A stretch of DNA of 64,000 bases from an uncultured virus (IMG/VR IMGVR_UViG_3300029319_000021) (taxonomy: Duplodnaviria > Heunggongvirae > Uroviricota > Caudoviricetes), in IMG/VR virus record IMGVR_UViG_3300029319_000021; one strand, 5' to 3'. The translations under genes and the position numbers were made by a program. Under the pieces are notes generated by a model that saw only the letters and a list, made by a program, of their open reading frames with translations, was not told the DNA's origin and made no database searches. Positions 1 through 8,644 of this stretch are shown piece by piece; the first letter of the stretch is position 1; the number at the start of each line of letters is the position of its first letter.

Positions 1-24
1 TCTCTAAATAATCATAAATCGCAC

Positions 25-402
25 GTGCTTATGAAACCATTATCTTCTCCTCGTCAGTATTTGTTTAATTTGAAAACCACTAGTTCACAAGAAGCAATAA
101 GAATGTGGAGGAGAAATGTAAAAGAAAAATGGGATTATAAGTGTGCATATTGTGGGTCAGGAAAAAATTTAACAATCGATCATGTAGTTCCTCGTTGTAA
201 AGGAGGAACAGATTTCACAAAGAATGTAGTATGCTGCTGTCATTCTTGTAACCAATCTAAATCTCATAGTCCTTGGGAAGAATGGTATTTTTCTCAAGAC
301 TTTTTTAGTATGAAAAATTATAATAAGATTATAAATTGGATGAAACCAGATCCCCCACAGAATTTATTTACTTATCGTCCAAGACGCAACAATGCAACTT
401 GA
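25..402 (+). CDS. HNH endonuclease
   Basis: CxxC...TIDHVVP..GG...N...CCxxCN HNH signature; start may be ATG at 31. Confidence 0.9.
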   Translation: MLMKPLSSPRQYLFNLKTTSSQEAIRMWRRNVKEKWDYKCAYCGSGKNLTIDHVVPRCKGGTDFTKNVVCCCHSCNQSKSHSPWEEWYFSQDFFSMKNYNKIINWMKPDPPQNLFTYRPRRNNAT

Positions 403-458
403 ATAAATAAATGAAGGCAGTACATACTGTTTCTTCTGGTACATACCGAATATTATAA

Positions 459-2939
459 ATGGCAACACCGATTAGGATTAAAAGATCTGCGGTTGCTGGT
501 AAAAGACCAGCACTGGCTGATTTACAATTAGGAGAATTAGCACTTAATACCGTTGATGCTGAACTTTTAACGAAGAGATATAGAGCAGGTATCGGTAGTG
601 ATATTGTAAGAATAGGTGCAGGAGCAACAGTAACCAATATAATATATGTAACGAAAGATGGAAATGATGAGAATACAGGACTAAGAATTGGAGATTCAAA
701 GGCAACAGTAGGAGCAGCATTATCAATAGCACAAGCAGGATCTTGTATTAAAATAAGTGCAGGACTTTACGAAGAAGATAATCCATTAACAGTTCCAAAA
801 CAAGTTTCGATTGTTGGTGATAGTTTAAGAGAAGTATCAATACAACCAAAAAATCAAATTGAAGATTTATTTTATGTTGCTGCTGGAGATTATTTTGGCG
901 GTATGTCCTTTATTGGGACAATGACATCTGGAAATGCTATTTTCAGATTTAATCCAGACAAAAAAGATTATTCTGATCAGTCACCTTATGTTAGGGACTG
1001 TACTAATTTTGTTAAGAATAGTATTGGAATGATGATTAATGGTAAGGATGTCATCGGTCCTTTCAAGTCAATGGTTCTTGACTCATATACTCAGTATAAT
1101 GAGAATGGTATTGGATGTTCGATTACTAATGAGGGTTATGCTCAGCTAGTTTCGATGTTTACTATTTGTGATGACATTGCAGTTTTCTGTGGAACAGGTG
1201 GTGCATGTGATTTAACAAACTCTAACTCTTCATTTGGTAATTTTGGATTAATTTCTGATGGTGTTGGACCTAAAAAATATGTGGGAGTTATTACTAGTGC
1301 ATCTTCAGTAGATGATTCTGAGTTTGTTGTTGATTATGGTACTGATGATCTTACCGTAAAGGATGCAGTTTATACTGGATCAACTGGTATTGTAACTGTA
1401 ACCACATATACTCCTCATAACTTTGAGGTTGGAATGGGAATTACATTTTCTAACTTGGCATATACTTGCATGTATGGAAATTATGCTCATATTTTTGTAA
1501 GTGCTGCGACAAGTGCGGTTAATAAAATTGGTATTGGATACACTGAACCTACAGACGCTACTTATAATTCTTTAACTGGTGATTTAACTTTAACACTTGG
1601 ATCTGAACATGGACTTGCAGCAGCAACTTCACATACAATATCAACAGCAACATATGCTCCAACAACTGGAGTTTTAACTGTGACTATTAATGGTCATGGA
1701 TTCAATAATGGAGATAGAGTTAAGATAGATGATAATTCATTAACGTTTACATGTGATAAAGATGGTCATGCAACACAACATCCTTATCCAAGAGTAACTG
1801 ATCCTATTAGTAATAAGTGGATAACTATTGCAAATAAAACTACTAATACATTTGAAGTGAATGTTGGAGTTTCTCAATATGAATCTACTCATTCTTTAGT
1901 ATCTGCTACTTCTAATGGATTGAAGAAAGCGAATGGATTGATTGGACTTGGAACTGAGTCATTAGGATTTACTTGTGATAAAGATGGTCATGCCTCTACT
2001 CATTATTACCCTCGTACTAAAGATCCATCACATGGACAAGTATTGGGAGTAGCAGCTACGACTGCTACGACAGCTACTGTCAATGTTGGTGTATCAACTA
2101 TTGATATATTCCCAAGTGGTAAATATGGATATGTTTTTGAGGTTGTATCAGTTCCAAACTCAACAACATTCGATGCTTTTGTTGGAGTGAATACTCATCC
2201 ACATACTTTCCTTTCTGGTGGAAGTGTGAAAATTGATGTTCTTACACCTCATGAAGGTCAAGTTGTATTTTTTGATAGATTATATCAAACTGTAACTAAC
2301 ATATCAGTTGGTTCTGGTGGTACTGGATATACCGTTGCTCCTACAGTAACGATTGGTGATCCATCTACAAGTGGAGATTGGGGTGTGACAGCAACTGCAG
2401 TTGCTAATCTAAGTGGTGATCGTGTAAAGAGTATTGATATTGTTTCTAATGGAAGAGGTTATGAATCAACTCCAAGTATTACAATCTCAGGTCCTGAGTC
2501 TGGAATAAACACGGCAACTGCTGTATTGACAATGACTCCTGAATATTATTCAATCAGTGAAGCAACTCCACTTTCTGGTGGAATTTCCACAATCACAACT
2601 TCTGCAAATTTACCTTATGCAGTTGGTATTGGTACAACAGTACCAGTATTCAGACAAAGTAAGATTCTAGCATCCAGTCATTCATTTGAATACATTGGTG
2701 CTGGTGTGACTATTGGTGATGCTCTTCCTCAAAAAGGAGGATTAGTCATTCAGGAGAATGAAATTGCTGATCGTAATGGTGGACTGACAGTATTCACAAG
2801 TACTGATCAGACTGGTAATTTTAGGATTGGTGATGGTGTCATCATTAATCAACAAACAGGAACTATTTCTGGAACTTTCTATTCTAAGAGTTTATTTTCA
2901 ACAATGACACCGTTCATTCTAGCATTAGGAGGAGATTAA
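459..2939 (+). CDS. Virion structural / tail fibre-type protein (fibre anchor, beta-helix-like region, repeated FTCDKDGH modules)
   Basis: N-terminal IRIKRS...GELALN fibre-anchor motif; Gly/Thr/Ser-rich; GSGGTGY..AP.VTI modules; ATAAATA late-promoter motif at 403-409. Confidence 0.7.
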   Translation: MATPIRIKRSAVAGKRPALADLQLGELALNTVDAELLTKRYRAGIGSDIVRIGAGATVTNIIYVTKDGNDENTGLRIGDSKATVGAALSIAQAGSCIKISAGLYEEDNPLTVPKQVSIVGDSLREVSIQPKNQIEDLFYVAAGDYFGGMSFIGTMTSGNAIFRFNPDKKDYSDQSPYVRDCTNFVKNSIGMMINGKDVIGPFKSMVLDSYTQYNENGIGCSITNEGYAQLVSMFTICDDIAVFCGTGGACDLTNSNSSFGNFGLISDGVGPKKYVGVITSASSVDDSEFVVDYGTDDLTVKDAVYTGSTGIVTVTTYTPHNFEVGMGITFSNLAYTCMYGNYAHIFVSAATSAVNKIGIGYTEPTDATYNSLTGDLTLTLGSEHGLAAATSHTISTATYAPTTGVLTVTINGHGFNNGDRVKIDDNSLTFTCDKDGHATQHPYPRVTDPISNKWITIANKTTNTFEVNVGVSQYESTHSLVSATSNGLKKANGLIGLGTESLGFTCDKDGHASTHYYPRTKDPSHGQVLGVAATTATTATVNVGVSTIDIFPSGKYGYVFEVVSVPNSTTFDAFVGVNTHPHTFLSGGSVKIDVLTPHEGQVVFFDRLYQTVTNISVGSGGTGYTVAPTVTIGDPSTSGDWGVTATAVANLSGDRVKSIDIVSNGRGYESTPSITISGPESGINTATAVLTMTPEYYSISEATPLSGGISTITTSANLPYAVGIGTTVPVFRQSKILASSHSFEYIGAGVTIGDALPQKGGLVIQENEIADRNGGLTVFTSTDQTGNFRIGDGVIINQQTGTISGTFYSKSLFSTMTPFILALGGD

Positions 2940-2943
2940 AAGA

Positions 2944-3285
2944 ATGGCATTAGCATTAAACGTATTTAAAACCATAACACAGGTAGCACCTACAAGTCCT
3001 GTAGGAATATATACAGCATCTGTTGGATATTCTGGAGTTGTTTTATTAGCACAAGCAGCAAATGTAGGTAGTTCTACAAAAACAGTTTCATTATCACACG
3101 TAAGAACCACTGCAGGTATTGCTGTGACAACAGAGATTATCAAAGAATTGCCAATCGAAGCAAGTGATACTGCAAATTTACTTCCAGGTAAACTTGTTTG
3201 TGAGGCAGGTGATATTATTAAATTGTCTGCAAGTAATGCAACTGACATTAAATTTTTAGGAAGTATACTAGAAACACTTAAGTAA
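2944..3285 (+). CDS. Small virion beta-sandwich / fibre adaptor-like protein
   Basis: 113-aa ORF tightly packed between two fibre genes; resembles the C-terminal domains of the next gene. Confidence 0.6.
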   Translation: MALALNVFKTITQVAPTSPVGIYTASVGYSGVVLLAQAANVGSSTKTVSLSHVRTTAGIAVTTEIIKELPIEASDTANLLPGKLVCEAGDIIKLSASNATDIKFLGSILETLK

Positions 3286-3286
3286 A

Positions 3287-6200
3287 ATGACGGAAAATTA
3301 TCTCAGTGGTAAGAAGAGAAGCCTGAAACTCGGTGTATCGGGTCATAGTGAAAATTCAACTTCACTTCAGACTGTTGGTGGTGTTGGTATAGGAACCACT
3401 AATACTGATAAAAGGGCATTATATGTAGTTGGAAATACTGAGATAACTGGTGTCTTGACAGCATCATCATATTCTGGTGATGGTTCTGGATTGACGGGTG
3501 TTGCAGCAACAGATCATGTAGCTACGTTTGATTTAGTTGTTGCTGGTATATCAACATTCCATGATGATGTAAGAATTACTGGTGGTGGTATTAATGCTGT
3601 TGGTGTTATAACTGGTACATCATTTGATGGTGCAATTTCAGAATGGGTATTAGGTGCAGATGGTAGTAGTCATTATACTTTTACAGGTCCAGGATTAACT
3701 GGTGCTGAAAATGATCCAATAATTTATTTAAAGAGAGGACAGAAATATAGATTTAAAAATGCATCTGGTGGTCATCCATTTAGAATTCAAAGTGATCCAA
3801 ATGGTTCATCTGGCACTGCATATAATGATGGTATAACTAATAATGATGCTGGAGACGGCACTACATTGGCATGGAATGTTCAATTTGATACTCCTAATGT
3901 TCTCTATTATCAATGTACTTCTCATGGAAACATGGGTGGGAAAATATACATTGGTAATAGTGGAGAGTCTGCTACCATAGGAAGTGGTGGATTAGTTATT
4001 TCTGGAGTTACTACAGGTATTAATGCTGCTGGTGTTTCTTCATTCATACAACTTGATGTAAACACAGGTGGAATAGATGTTGACGGACCTACTGAATTAG
4101 ATGAGTTAAATGTAACTGGTGTTTCTACATTTACTAGTAGTCTTAAGGTTGATGGTGCAGTAGATATTGGAACTGGTGGTTTAGATGTTGATGGACAGAC
4201 TGATTTAGATGAACTTGTAGTTGCTGGTGTCTCTACATTTACTGGAAATATAGTTGCTGCCACAGCAGAATTTAGTGGTAATGTAACTATTGGTGGAACT
4301 TTAACTGTTGAAGATAAAACTAATGTAGATTCAATTGGACTTATAACAGCAAGAACTGGTGTAAGAGTAACTGCGGGTGGTATAGATGTAACTGCAGGTG
4401 TTTCAACTTTCAGTGATACTGTTAAGTTTGATGGTGCAGTAGATATTGGAACTGGTGGTGTTGATATAGATGGTCAGTTAGATGTAGATGAACTTATAGT
4501 TGCTGGTGTTTCTACATTTTCTAAAGCAATAGATTTAAATGCTGGTATTGATGTTGATGGTCAAGCAGACTTAGATGAAGTAGTAGTTGCTGGTGTCGCA
4601 ACATTTTCTAATGATGTATTTGTAGGAACTGCAATTACTATACATGCAGGTAATGTTCATGCAACTGGTATAATATCTGCTACAAAATTTGTTGGTGATG
4701 GTTCACAAATAACTAATCTTCCTGGTATTAATACTGTAGGTACATCAAATCTTTCTGATGTTAATATTTCAGGAACAACCACTACTACTCAGTTAAGAGT
4801 TAGTGGTATTGGAACTGCAGAAAAATTCTTTGTCAGCACTGGTGGTTTAGAAGTAGATGGACAAACTGATTTAGATGAACTTGTAGTTGCTGGTGTAGCA
4901 ACATTTAGTGCATATCCATCAATAGATGCTGATAATGAAATTCAAGTTGGTACTGCTATTCAACTAGGAAAGGCTGGAGTTATAACTGCTACTTCTTTCG
5001 AAGGATCTGGTGCAAACTTAACTGGTATTGCTGCAACTGATCATGTATCTACTTTCGATTTAGTTGTTGCTGGTATATCAACCTTTAATGATGATGTAAG
5101 AGTTCTTGGTGGTGGTGTTAATGTAACTGGTGTTTCTACCTTCAATGATAATGTTCATCTATTAGATAATGATAAATTATTACTCGGTGGTTCTGCAGGA
5201 ACACATGATGGACTAGAAGTATATCATGATAGTAATCATAGTTATGTAAATGATACTGGAACTGGTAATTTATATATTGGTGGAAATCAAATATTCATAA
5301 ATGATTCATCTCAGACTAAAGTAAGTGCAATATTTAATCCTGATACTAATACTCAATTAAAATATAATAATAGTACAAAATTTGAAACCACTGCAGTAGG
5401 TGCGACAGTTTATGGTAATTTTAAATCTACTACTTTACATGTTGCTGGTATTTCTACACTCACAGGCGATGTTAATTTTGTAGGAAGTCTTGATAATGTA
5501 AATGTTACTGGTGCTGCATTAACTACGATTAATGTTAAAGCAATTGGTGGTAATTATACTGGTGTCGTAACTGCTAGTTCTTTCTCTGGTTCTGGTACAA
5601 GTCTTACTTCACTTGATGCAGCTAATTTAGGATCAGGTACAATTCCAGATGCTAGATTCCCTGCAGTATTACCTGCAATTAGTGGTGTAAATCTAACTAA
5701 CCTTCCAACTGGTATTAATACTGCTAATGATTCAACTTTCAAAGATTTATCAATTACTGGTTTAACAGTCGCTGGTGTATCCACATTTAATTCTGCTGTT
5801 GATATTAATGCTGTTGTAGATATTGATGGTCAGTTAGATGTAGATGAACTCATAGCTAGTGGAGTATCTACATTCAGTGGATATTTGGACGCAGCAAGTA
5901 GATTATATTTTGATAAGGGTACTGGAACTAAGTACATGTTCGGAAGTGGTGCTGACTTACTAACGACAATTGCTTCAGAGGGAGATTGGAAATTAACACT
6001 TAATTCAAGTGGTGGAACAGGTGGAACTTTTATAGTAGAGAAAAGTTCAGGAAGTAGTCTTCTTGAAGCAAAAGGTACTGGTGCTGTTGATATTAATGGT
6101 ACTTTGAATGCAACTGGTATATCATCATTCACGTCATATCCATCAATAGATGCTGATAATGAAATTCAAGTTGGCACTGCTATTCAACTAGGTAAAGCTG

Positions 6201-8632
6201 GTGTCGTAACTGCAACAACCTTCAGTGGTGCATTATCTGGTAATGCTACTAGTGCAACTACAGCAACTAACGTAACAGTTGCCGATGAATCAAGTGATAC
6301 TTCCTGTAACGTATTATTTGTAACAGCAGCAACAGGAGATCTGGCACCTAAGAGTGGAACTAACCTTACATTTAACTCCGATACTGGAGCATTATCTGCT
6401 ACTTCATTCTCTGGTGATGGTAGTAACTTAACTGGTATTGGTACTCAAGGTCCTGATGGTGCATTTTTTGGAATAACTGTATCTGGTGTATCTACATTCC
6501 ATGACGATGTAAGAATTACTGGTGGTGGTATTAATGCAGTTGGTGTTATTACTGCTACTTCGTTCTCTGGTGATGGTTCACAATTATCTGGTGTTGGTAC
6601 TCAAGGTATTGATATACAGGCACGATCATTAGTTGTTTCTGGTGTATCCACATTTTATGATGATGTCAAGATTGTTGGTGGTGGTTCGACTGCAGGAAAT
6701 CAAATTACAATTGGTGCTACTACACTCAATGATGGAACACTAACTTTTGATGGTAGTGCAGGACAGTTATTCTCAATTACTAATAATCTAACTGATGGTT
6801 CTATATTCTCTGTCAATGACGTTTCTGGTATGCCAAGCATTGATGTTGGTGCTGCTGGAACAATTCAATTGGCTCCTCATGGTGCTGGTGAACTAGTTGG
6901 TATTGGAACCACACGTCCAACATCGAAGTTAGATGTTGTTGGTGATGTTCAGGTTGTTGGTGTCGTAACTGCTACTTCATTCTCTGGTGATGGTAGTGCT
7001 CTTACCAATGTTCCTGGTGCAACTGATGGATCATTTATAGGTTTGAATGTAACTGGAATTACGACCCTTGGTGATGATGTAAGAATAACTGCTGGTGGTA
7101 TTAATGTAGTTGGTGTTTCTACTTTCAATGATGATTTAACTATAGAAAGTACAAATCCAAAATTAATCTTTACTGATACTAACGGTGCTCCTGATTATAA
7201 TATCAACTGTGAAGGTGGTAAATTATATTTTAATGATTCTAGCGATAATAACAGAATACTAATTGAAGTTGATGGACATATTGAAATTCCTGGAAACTTA
7301 GAAGTTGCATCAAATATTACTGCAATCGGTGGTAATTATACTGGTGTTGTCACAGCATCATCCTTCTCTGGTTCTGGTGCAAATTTAACTGGTGTTGGTA
7401 CTCAAGGTATTAATGTACAGGCACAATCATTAACTGTTGCTGGAATGTCTACATTTTTTGGTGGATTATTCTTACCAGATAGTACGACTCTTCGCATAGG
7501 TGGATCTGCAGCAGGAGGAGATCTTCAATTATATCATAATGGTTCTAATACTTATATTGATAATTCCACAGGTACTTTACATATAAGACATTCTAGTGGG
7601 ACAGGTCAAATACAAATATTAGACAGCAGCCAAGGTATAACAATACAAGGAAAAACAGGGGAAGATTCAATAAAAGCTGTACCTGATGCACAAGTTGAAT
7701 TATATTATAATGATGCACTTAAACTAGCAACAAATATTGGAGGTATCACGGTTACTGGTGGAGGTAACTTCTCTGGTATATGCTCAGCAACACTTTTCTC
7801 TGGTTCTGGAATATTAGATGAAGATGATATGGCAAGTGACAGTGCCACAAAACTTGCCACACAGCAATCAATTAAAGCATATGTAGATGCAAATGCTGGA
7901 GGTGGAGGTGGAACTGGTGATTTCTATGTAGGATTCACAAGTTCTGTCACCATGAATGCTGCTAGTTATGAAACAACAGGACATACATTCCCATCAACAG
8001 CAAGTAAGACATATACTATTGATTCAATCATGGCATCAAACATTGCTAATGTTGGTGTCGGAACTACTGTAAATCTTATCGCTTCTATCTCATCAAACTC
8101 TGGTGTTGCTGCAGGAACTACAGAACAAACTTACTTTGCATATAATATTCCGATTGCTGCAGGTGGTGCGGTTGAATTAATTAAAGAACCATTTGTTGCT
8201 AATCCGAATGATATTGTGAAGTTATGGGCTACTGATTCAACATACTCTGGTATTAGTAGTGCCATTCAGGTACACATGACATATACTCAGCAAGATAGTA
8301 CTGATTTCTTTGGTAAGTATGCTGCTAATACATCTATAGGATCCACAACAATAATTGGCATACATACTGCAGGACCTACTTATGCAGCAGCTCTTCAATC
8401 TATTCATATTACCAATAGAAGTGATGCAGGAGCATTCCCAGTTGATATTCTATTGACAGACAGTACAGGAATTGTAACGACATATCTTGTCAAGAATTTA
8501 GTTATACCAAAATATTCAGCAGTAGAAATTTTAGAGAGACCAAAGAGAATGGAAACTGGATCATCGCTAGGAGTTAAAGTACAGCAAACAGGAACAATAG
8601 ATGTTATTGTCTCTGGTAAGACATACTCTTAG
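3287..8632 (+). CDS. Long tail fibre-like protein (GVSTF / GDGS repeats, cupredoxin-like insert)
   Basis: Many VAGVSTF, GVVTATSFSGDGS and VGIGTT repeats typical of cyanophage fibres; internal DNA duplication (4911-4977 vs 6135-6201). Confidence 0.8.
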   Translation: MTENYLSGKKRSLKLGVSGHSENSTSLQTVGGVGIGTTNTDKRALYVVGNTEITGVLTASSYSGDGSGLTGVAATDHVATFDLVVAGISTFHDDVRITGGGINAVGVITGTSFDGAISEWVLGADGSSHYTFTGPGLTGAENDPIIYLKRGQKYRFKNASGGHPFRIQSDPNGSSGTAYNDGITNNDAGDGTTLAWNVQFDTPNVLYYQCTSHGNMGGKIYIGNSGESATIGSGGLVISGVTTGINAAGVSSFIQLDVNTGGIDVDGPTELDELNVTGVSTFTSSLKVDGAVDIGTGGLDVDGQTDLDELVVAGVSTFTGNIVAATAEFSGNVTIGGTLTVEDKTNVDSIGLITARTGVRVTAGGIDVTAGVSTFSDTVKFDGAVDIGTGGVDIDGQLDVDELIVAGVSTFSKAIDLNAGIDVDGQADLDEVVVAGVATFSNDVFVGTAITIHAGNVHATGIISATKFVGDGSQITNLPGINTVGTSNLSDVNISGTTTTTQLRVSGIGTAEKFFVSTGGLEVDGQTDLDELVVAGVATFSAYPSIDADNEIQVGTAIQLGKAGVITATSFEGSGANLTGIAATDHVSTFDLVVAGISTFNDDVRVLGGGVNVTGVSTFNDNVHLLDNDKLLLGGSAGTHDGLEVYHDSNHSYVNDTGTGNLYIGGNQIFINDSSQTKVSAIFNPDTNTQLKYNNSTKFETTAVGATVYGNFKSTTLHVAGISTLTGDVNFVGSLDNVNVTGAALTTINVKAIGGNYTGVVTASSFSGSGTSLTSLDAANLGSGTIPDARFPAVLPAISGVNLTNLPTGINTANDSTFKDLSITGLTVAGVSTFNSAVDINAVVDIDGQLDVDELIASGVSTFSGYLDAASRLYFDKGTGTKYMFGSGADLLTTIASEGDWKLTLNSSGGTGGTFIVEKSSGSSLLEAKGTGAVDINGTLNATGISSFTSYPSIDADNEIQVGTAIQLGKAGVVTATTFSGALSGNATSATTATNVTVADESSDTSCNVLFVTAATGDLAPKSGTNLTFNSDTGALSATSFSGDGSNLTGIGTQGPDGAFFGITVSGVSTFHDDVRITGGGINAVGVITATSFSGDGSQLSGVGTQGIDIQARSLVVSGVSTFYDDVKIVGGGSTAGNQITIGATTLNDGTLTFDGSAGQLFSITNNLTDGSIFSVNDVSGMPSIDVGAAGTIQLAPHGAGELVGIGTTRPTSKLDVVGDVQVVGVVTATSFSGDGSALTNVPGATDGSFIGLNVTGITTLGDDVRITAGGINVVGVSTFNDDLTIESTNPKLIFTDTNGAPDYNINCEGGKLYFNDSSDNNRILIEVDGHIEIPGNLEVASNITAIGGNYTGVVTASSFSGSGANLTGVGTQGINVQAQSLTVAGMSTFFGGLFLPDSTTLRIGGSAAGGDLQLYHNGSNTYIDNSTGTLHIRHSSGTGQIQILDSSQGITIQGKTGEDSIKAVPDAQVELYYNDALKLATNIGGITVTGGGNFSGICSATLFSGSGILDEDDMASDSATKLATQQSIKAYVDANAGGGGGTGDFYVGFTSSVTMNAASYETTGHTFPSTASKTYTIDSIMASNIANVGVGTTVNLIASISSNSGVAAGTTEQTYFAYNIPIAAGGAVELIKEPFVANPNDIVKLWATDSTYSGISSAIQVHMTYTQQDSTDFFGKYAANTSIGSTTIIGIHTAGPTYAAALQSIHITNRSDAGAFPVDILLTDSTGIVTTYLVKNLVIPKYSAVEILERPKRMETGSSLGVKVQQTGTIDVIVSGKTYS

Positions 8633-8644
8633 AGGTAATATAAA

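Noticed and set aside
25..402. HNH gene as part of an intron or mobile element
   Set aside because: No interrupted gene or intron structure visible; upstream context lies outside the window
3922..6132. Minus-strand ORFs within fibre genes (also 56123-60534 and similar)
   Set aside because: Antisense shadows of codon-biased Gly/Thr/Val-rich genes; no RBS or motifs
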